DNA of 64,000 nucleotides from an uncultured Acidobacteriota bacterium. GTDB lineage: Bacteria; Acidobacteriota; B3-B38; Guanabaribacteriales; CAZYAF01. A program made the position numbers and the translations under genes. The DNA is taken from the NCBI GenBank assembly GCA_964645975.1, contig CAZYAF010000022.1, positions 187 to 64,186 of the forward strand, read 5' to 3'. Position 1 is the stretch's first letter, and the number at the start of each line of letters is the position of its first letter. Below are positions 59,899 through 64,000 of this stretch, in pieces. The notes under the pieces were generated by a model. It did not search any database. It saw only the letters and a program-made list of their open reading frames with translations, and was not told the origin of the DNA.

Positions 59899-62800
59899 AT
59901 GCATATGCTTCAATGGATCAAAAAAGCGTTAAGTAATTCTTCTAAAGGATCCAATAAAAAATTAAGAAAAATTTGTGAATGGTTCATGAAAACATTTGGA
60001 AATACTGCAAAAGTTATTTCAGAAAAATTCGATAACTTCCTTAGCTGGCTTTCACACTTATTCACCAAATTCTCTACCTGGTTTAGATATCTATGGAGAG
60101 CTATCGGTGATTGGTTTGCAAAATTAAGTAACGCAATTTATAAACGCTTAAATAAACCATTAAAAAGCATTGCTAATTGGTTTTACTATAGAGGGAGCTG
60201 GATAAAAGACCAGTGGAATCATAAACAATTTCAAGACTGGCTGCTTTTTATCATAATCTTAGGATTTGCTTTTTCGGTAATTGCATTAAGAAAAGATTGG
60301 CTTTCTCTACAAAGTATAAATATTAATGCAAATCCATTGCGGCAGATTTATTTTTTCAGCGTAATTCCTCAATCGTTAGCTATTATCTTTATTGTAACCC
60401 TCAGCATCTTCATATTAATCCTACAATACCTGAGCAGAAACTATACATCCCGTATTATCAGGCTTCATACTATATCTCTCTATTATTTTTTATTTTTTGC
60501 TATATACCTTTTTACTATTATTTATGCAATTTCTCTCAATAGTACATATAATGAAAATGTAAGCTCACTGCCGCCTTTTAAAATTGAGCTCTTGTTATTG
60601 CTTTTCTATTTTGCTCTCGCTTTCATGATACCTTTTACCATCAGGTCTATAAGATTGATAGATCCCAAGGAAATAATTAGCAGGCTTAGCTGGAAGATTA
60701 CCGAGCGCAGATTCAATAATTATGCCGTCAAAAACCACCCTACCGACCTATATATTCAATCTATTTTCGATGTTACAAAATCCTGCTTGCAGCGTGTCGA
60801 CTTAGGAAGCATTAAGGAGGGGCTTGAGCTTTTTAGTCAAAGGTTAAATATTTTTATTAGAAAATGTACTTCTGAAGCCTCAATCTCTATCATGTGTGCA
60901 TACCTCTTCAAACAATATCAAGAAACTGTATTTTTCAGCTTTGAACGAAATAGTTGCTTTGGCTTGGGTACTGTTATTAATAGTTTACATAATATTCTTA
61001 TTGGCTACAAATTGAGCAGATACAGCAGTAATATCTACGTCTTCTTAAACTTGATAGAGCGAATAGAAAAAAATATTGAGGGGACAAAAAGTACTAAATA
61101 TGAAGGATGCTATAAGGAACTCAGTCAATCTTTGTTCAAGCTGCAGGATACCATTTTAGATAAATATCCCAATGATAATCTAAGGAAAAAAAGCATAATA
61201 ATCTTCGAATCAATACTCGAAAACACTGATAAAAAGAGATTCCCCCTCGATTATGCTCAATTGTATGTAAATATTGGAAAAAATTATGAAAGCCTTGACT
61301 CAGGGAATATAACTGAAAATGTGCAAAATGCAATTAAATATTATTCCTCAGCCCTTGAGATTTATAAACATATTAAAGCGACTGTCCTAAACCTGCATAC
61401 TCATAAATCTCTGGGAATCACTCATGCCCGGCTTGCCAGCTTAGTGGCTGAAACAGAATGGCAAGAACACCTTCAAAAGGGAATGGAGCATTTTGAAGAA
61501 GCTGCAAAAGGCTTTAAAGAAATAAATTTAAAAAGGGAATATGCTATAACCCTTTCCGAGATGGGAAATGCTTACAGGAATATGTCTGTCAATCTTAAAG
61601 AAAAAATAGATATACTTGAAAATGCAATACCATACTATGAAAAAGCATTGAGAATCTTCTCCATTAATAAATTCTCCTCGGATTATGCTTTGGTACAGAA
61701 TAACCTGGCGACGGTCTATCGAAATGTATCAGGAGAATTAGAAGGTAGAGAAAAACGTTATTTTCTCCGAAAAGCTATTCTGTGTTATGAACGAGCACTT
61801 TTTATTCATAGCAGAAGAAAATTTCCGGTTTATTATGCTGCTACTATAACTAACCTGGGTAACGTTTATTATGAGCTTGGTCTAAGTCTGGGAGCTAAAG
61901 AAGGGAAACAAGCTATACAGGATGCTATAATTTTCTATAGAAAAGCATTAACGGTTTATACCAAAGAGAATTTTCCGTACAATCATGCTACAACTCAGAA
62001 TGACCTGGGTAATGCTTTTATTGAGCTGGCAAAAGAGTCGATAGATAAACCAAGAGAAAAAGTCCTGCAACAAGCTGTCCAGGCTTTTTTGACTGCGCTG
62101 GAATTCTACCACAAGGATGATTTCCCTGCTGAATATGCTACTACACAGAACAATCTGGGCAATGCCCATTACGAGCTGGCAGTGGAATTAGAAACGGAAG
62201 AAAGAACAAAAAATCTTAGGAATGCTCTGGACTACTACGAAAGAGCACTCGATGTGTTTAAAAAAGAAAGCTACCCGGTTGATTTTGCTATAATTCAGAG
62301 CAATATGGGAAATACCTATAGTGAGCTGGCTGAGCTGTTAGAGTTAGCAGTAAGAGAAGGCGCTTACAACCAGGCTATATCATGCTACAAAAACGCATTG
62401 GACATTTTCGACAGCGAAGAACACCCTGTTAATTATGCTTCAGCTCAGTATAACCTGGGAATGCTTTACTCCGAGCTTGCCGTTCTCTTTGAAGGTAATG
62501 AAAGAAAAACAGCCCTTGAAAATGCAATAAGATCTTATGAAAAGGCCCTTCGTGTCTACACCAAAAGGGATTTTCCTGTCTATTACGCCGCCGTTGAAAA
62601 CAATATCGGAATAGCCTGCTGCGAATTGGCATCAGAAGTAAATAGCAGCGAAAAAATAAGAAATCTTAGAAGAGCTATCCATTGTTTTAAAAATGCACTG
62701 GCAATCTATACAAAAAAAGAATTTCCAGCTGATTATGCTGCCACTTATGGAAATATGGGACTTGCCTATTACGAACTGGCGAAAGCACTCATAGGCGAAG

Positions 62801-63873
62801 AGAGAAAAAACACTCTGGGAGATGCTATATGGTGTTATCAAAGCGCCCTGGAAATATACCATAAAAAACGATTTCCAGCATATCATGCCATGACGCAAAG
62901 CAACCTGGGATTGGCATACAGAGAGCTGGCTCGCTGCCTTTATGATGATGAAAAAATTAATACCATTTATGATGCTATCCAATGCTATAAAAAGGCTCTG
63001 AGAGTTTATACTATAAAGGACTTCCCTGCTGACTATGCCATGACGCAAAACAATCTGGGTAATGCCTACAGTGAGCTGGCAGAGGAATTTGAAGAGGAAA
63101 AAATTGTCGAGACCTTAAGAATATCAATTGATTGCTATGATAAGGCAGTGGAGATCTACACCAAAGAAGATTACCCTGTTGACTATGCCACCACTCAGAA
63201 CAATCTGGGAAGCGCTTGCAGCGACCTGGCAGTAGCTCTGGAAGCTGAACAGAGAGAAGAACTTTTCAGAAAAGCGATCGAGCATTACGAAAAAGCGCTG
63301 GAAATTAGAAAAAAAGACAAATTCCCTATTTACTATGCAATGACACAGGTTAACCTGGGTAATGCCTACAAAAACATGTTAAGAGCACCCGAAGGAAAGG
63401 ATAAGAAAAAATCCCTGAAAGAGGCTATCAAGTGCTATGAGAAGGCATTGGAAATATATAGCAAACATGATTATCCTGCAGATTATGCCGCCATTCAGAA
63501 CAATATCGGTAGCGCTTACAGCGACCTGGCAAAAACGCTGGAACGCAATGAACGGAAAAAAGCCCATGAAGATGCTTCCAACTTTTATCAAAATGCTCTG
63601 CAAATCTATACCAAGGATGATTACCCCGCTGAATATGCCGCTGTCCATCACAACCTGGGAAATACCTATCGCAAATTGTCAAAATTGATTGATGATAAAA
63701 AAGAACAACTGAAATTGCTTAAAAAATCCATAGACCTCTTTGATAATACTCTGGAAATCTGGACCAAAAAGGACTTCCCTCGCCCTCACGACACCGCCCT
63801 CATAAATAGACACACTGCCCTACGAAAATTGGAAGCCCTCAAAGAAAAAGCCAGAAGACAAATGAAACGATAA
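59899..63873 (+). CDS. giant membrane-anchored TPR-like repeat protein (~19 tandem ~49-aa repeats)
   Basis: 1324 aa. N-terminal ~250 aa contain 4-5 hydrophobic helices, then a ~230-aa unique region. Then ~19 repeats with the consensus [FY]P.DYA.TQNNLGNAY.ELA..(11-13)..AI..YEKAL.IYTK.D. Confidence 0.7.
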   Translation: MHMLQWIKKALSNSSKGSNKKLRKICEWFMKTFGNTAKVISEKFDNFLSWLSHLFTKFSTWFRYLWRAIGDWFAKLSNAIYKRLNKPLKSIANWFYYRGSWIKDQWNHKQFQDWLLFIIILGFAFSVIALRKDWLSLQSININANPLRQIYFFSVIPQSLAIIFIVTLSIFILILQYLSRNYTSRIIRLHTISLYYFLFFAIYLFTIIYAISLNSTYNENVSSLPPFKIELLLLLFYFALAFMIPFTIRSIRLIDPKEIISRLSWKITERRFNNYAVKNHPTDLYIQSIFDVTKSCLQRVDLGSIKEGLELFSQRLNIFIRKCTSEASISIMCAYLFKQYQETVFFSFERNSCFGLGTVINSLHNILIGYKLSRYSSNIYVFLNLIERIEKNIEGTKSTKYEGCYKELSQSLFKLQDTILDKYPNDNLRKKSIIIFESILENTDKKRFPLDYAQLYVNIGKNYESLDSGNITENVQNAIKYYSSALEIYKHIKATVLNLHTHKSLGITHARLASLVAETEWQEHLQKGMEHFEEAAKGFKEINLKREYAITLSEMGNAYRNMSVNLKEKIDILENAIPYYEKALRIFSINKFSSDYALVQNNLATVYRNVSGELEGREKRYFLRKAILCYERALFIHSRRKFPVYYAATITNLGNVYYELGLSLGAKEGKQAIQDAIIFYRKALTVYTKENFPYNHATTQNDLGNAFIELAKESIDKPREKVLQQAVQAFLTALEFYHKDDFPAEYATTQNNLGNAHYELAVELETEERTKNLRNALDYYERALDVFKKESYPVDFAIIQSNMGNTYSELAELLELAVREGAYNQAISCYKNALDIFDSEEHPVNYASAQYNLGMLYSELAVLFEGNERKTALENAIRSYEKALRVYTKRDFPVYYAAVENNIGIACCELASEVNSSEKIRNLRRAIHCFKNALAIYTKKEFPADYAATYGNMGLAYYELAKALIGEERKNTLGDAIWCYQSALEIYHKKRFPAYHAMTQSNLGLAYRELARCLYDDEKINTIYDAIQCYKKALRVYTIKDFPADYAMTQNNLGNAYSELAEEFEEEKIVETLRISIDCYDKAVEIYTKEDYPVDYATTQNNLGSACSDLAVALEAEQREELFRKAIEHYEKALEIRKKDKFPIYYAMTQVNLGNAYKNMLRAPEGKDKKKSLKEAIKCYEKALEIYSKHDYPADYAAIQNNIGSAYSDLAKTLERNERKKAHEDASNFYQNALQIYTKDDYPAEYAAVHHNLGNTYRKLSKLIDDKKEQLKLLKKSIDLFDNTLEIWTKKDFPRPHDTALINRHTALRKLEALKEKARRQMKR

Positions 63874-63963
63874 ACTACACCTCAATTCCATATAACATAA
63901 TCAGCACAGCAATTTATCATCTTGACCTCTTCTTAATCATCTCCATCTAATTGCAGTAGAGAC

Positions 63964-63990
63964 AAGCAGCAACGCTGCTTTTTTATTTTT
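63964..63990 (+). terminator. rho-independent terminator after the giant repeat protein gene
   Basis: AAGCAGC-AACG-CTGCTT hairpin followed by TTTTTATTTTT, ~90 nt after the stop codon. Confidence 0.6.
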
Positions 63991-64000
63991 CCCTCAACGG

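Noticed and set aside
59899-63873. Highly periodic sequence that might suggest a CRISPR array or a DNA tandem repeat
   Set aside because: The periodicity is at the protein level (~49-aa repeats, diverged at the DNA level) inside one long intact ORF. There are no short identical direct repeats with unique spacers. No CRISPR array was seen anywhere in the window.
1-64000. tRNA/rRNA genes, transposases, integrases, phage or plasmid genes
   Set aside because: The intergenic regions are short and AT-rich, with no GC-rich cloverleaf-sized segments. No ORF shows transposase (DDE) or integrase (tyrosine/serine recombinase) features, and no flanking inverted or direct repeats suggest a mobile element.

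Overview
AT-rich (GC looks mid-30s % by eye, not computed), gene-dense chromosomal segment from a diderm bacterium. The diderm call rests on Lpt proteins, TonB, several signal-peptide beta-barrel proteins, an MltD-like transglycosylase and sigma-54. The organism is probably an uncultivated peptide/amino-acid-fermenting anaerobe; a Cloacimonadota-like candidate phylum is only a guess. I call about 49 protein genes. I found no rRNA or tRNA, no CRISPR array and no transposase or integrase, so this looks like core chromosome rather than an island. Contents: (1) A C1/methyl module: metF (5'-truncated by the window), an MTHFR_C/MetV-like Cys protein, a non-pyrrolysine MttB-family methyltransferase and an APC permease. 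(2) A striking density of peptidases (S9, LysM-M23, three M1-like gluzincins of which two are a near-identical tandem pair, S8 subtilisin), plus two APC amino-acid permeases and an orphan oppBC permease pair. (3) The canonical lptC/A-lptB-rpoN-hpf-ptsN-hprK-rapZ-EIIA(Man)-HPr-EI operon, followed by a cupin gene and a GAF-multiPAS-GGDEF cyclase. (4) A bifunctional FBP aldolase/phosphatase. (5) Less ordinary items: a tight four-gene operon tsaC / ParB-like nuclease-domain protein / SPL-family radical-SAM / DUF1848-like Cys-cluster protein, carrying a T8..T9-G7 homopolymer block inside the radical-SAM CDS. Two tandem secreted agmatine-deiminase/PAD-fold paralogs sit immediately upstream of an EndoQ-like PHP/zinc-ribbon nuclease gene. 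A 1324-aa membrane-anchored protein is built from about 19 tandem ~49-aa TPR-like repeats. A sulfatase-family protein has a cytoplasmic HTH-like head and a TPR tail. A 633-bp non-coding divergent region precedes oppBC. All functional calls are from reading the translated ORFs (motifs, length, architecture, synteny); no database search was run.
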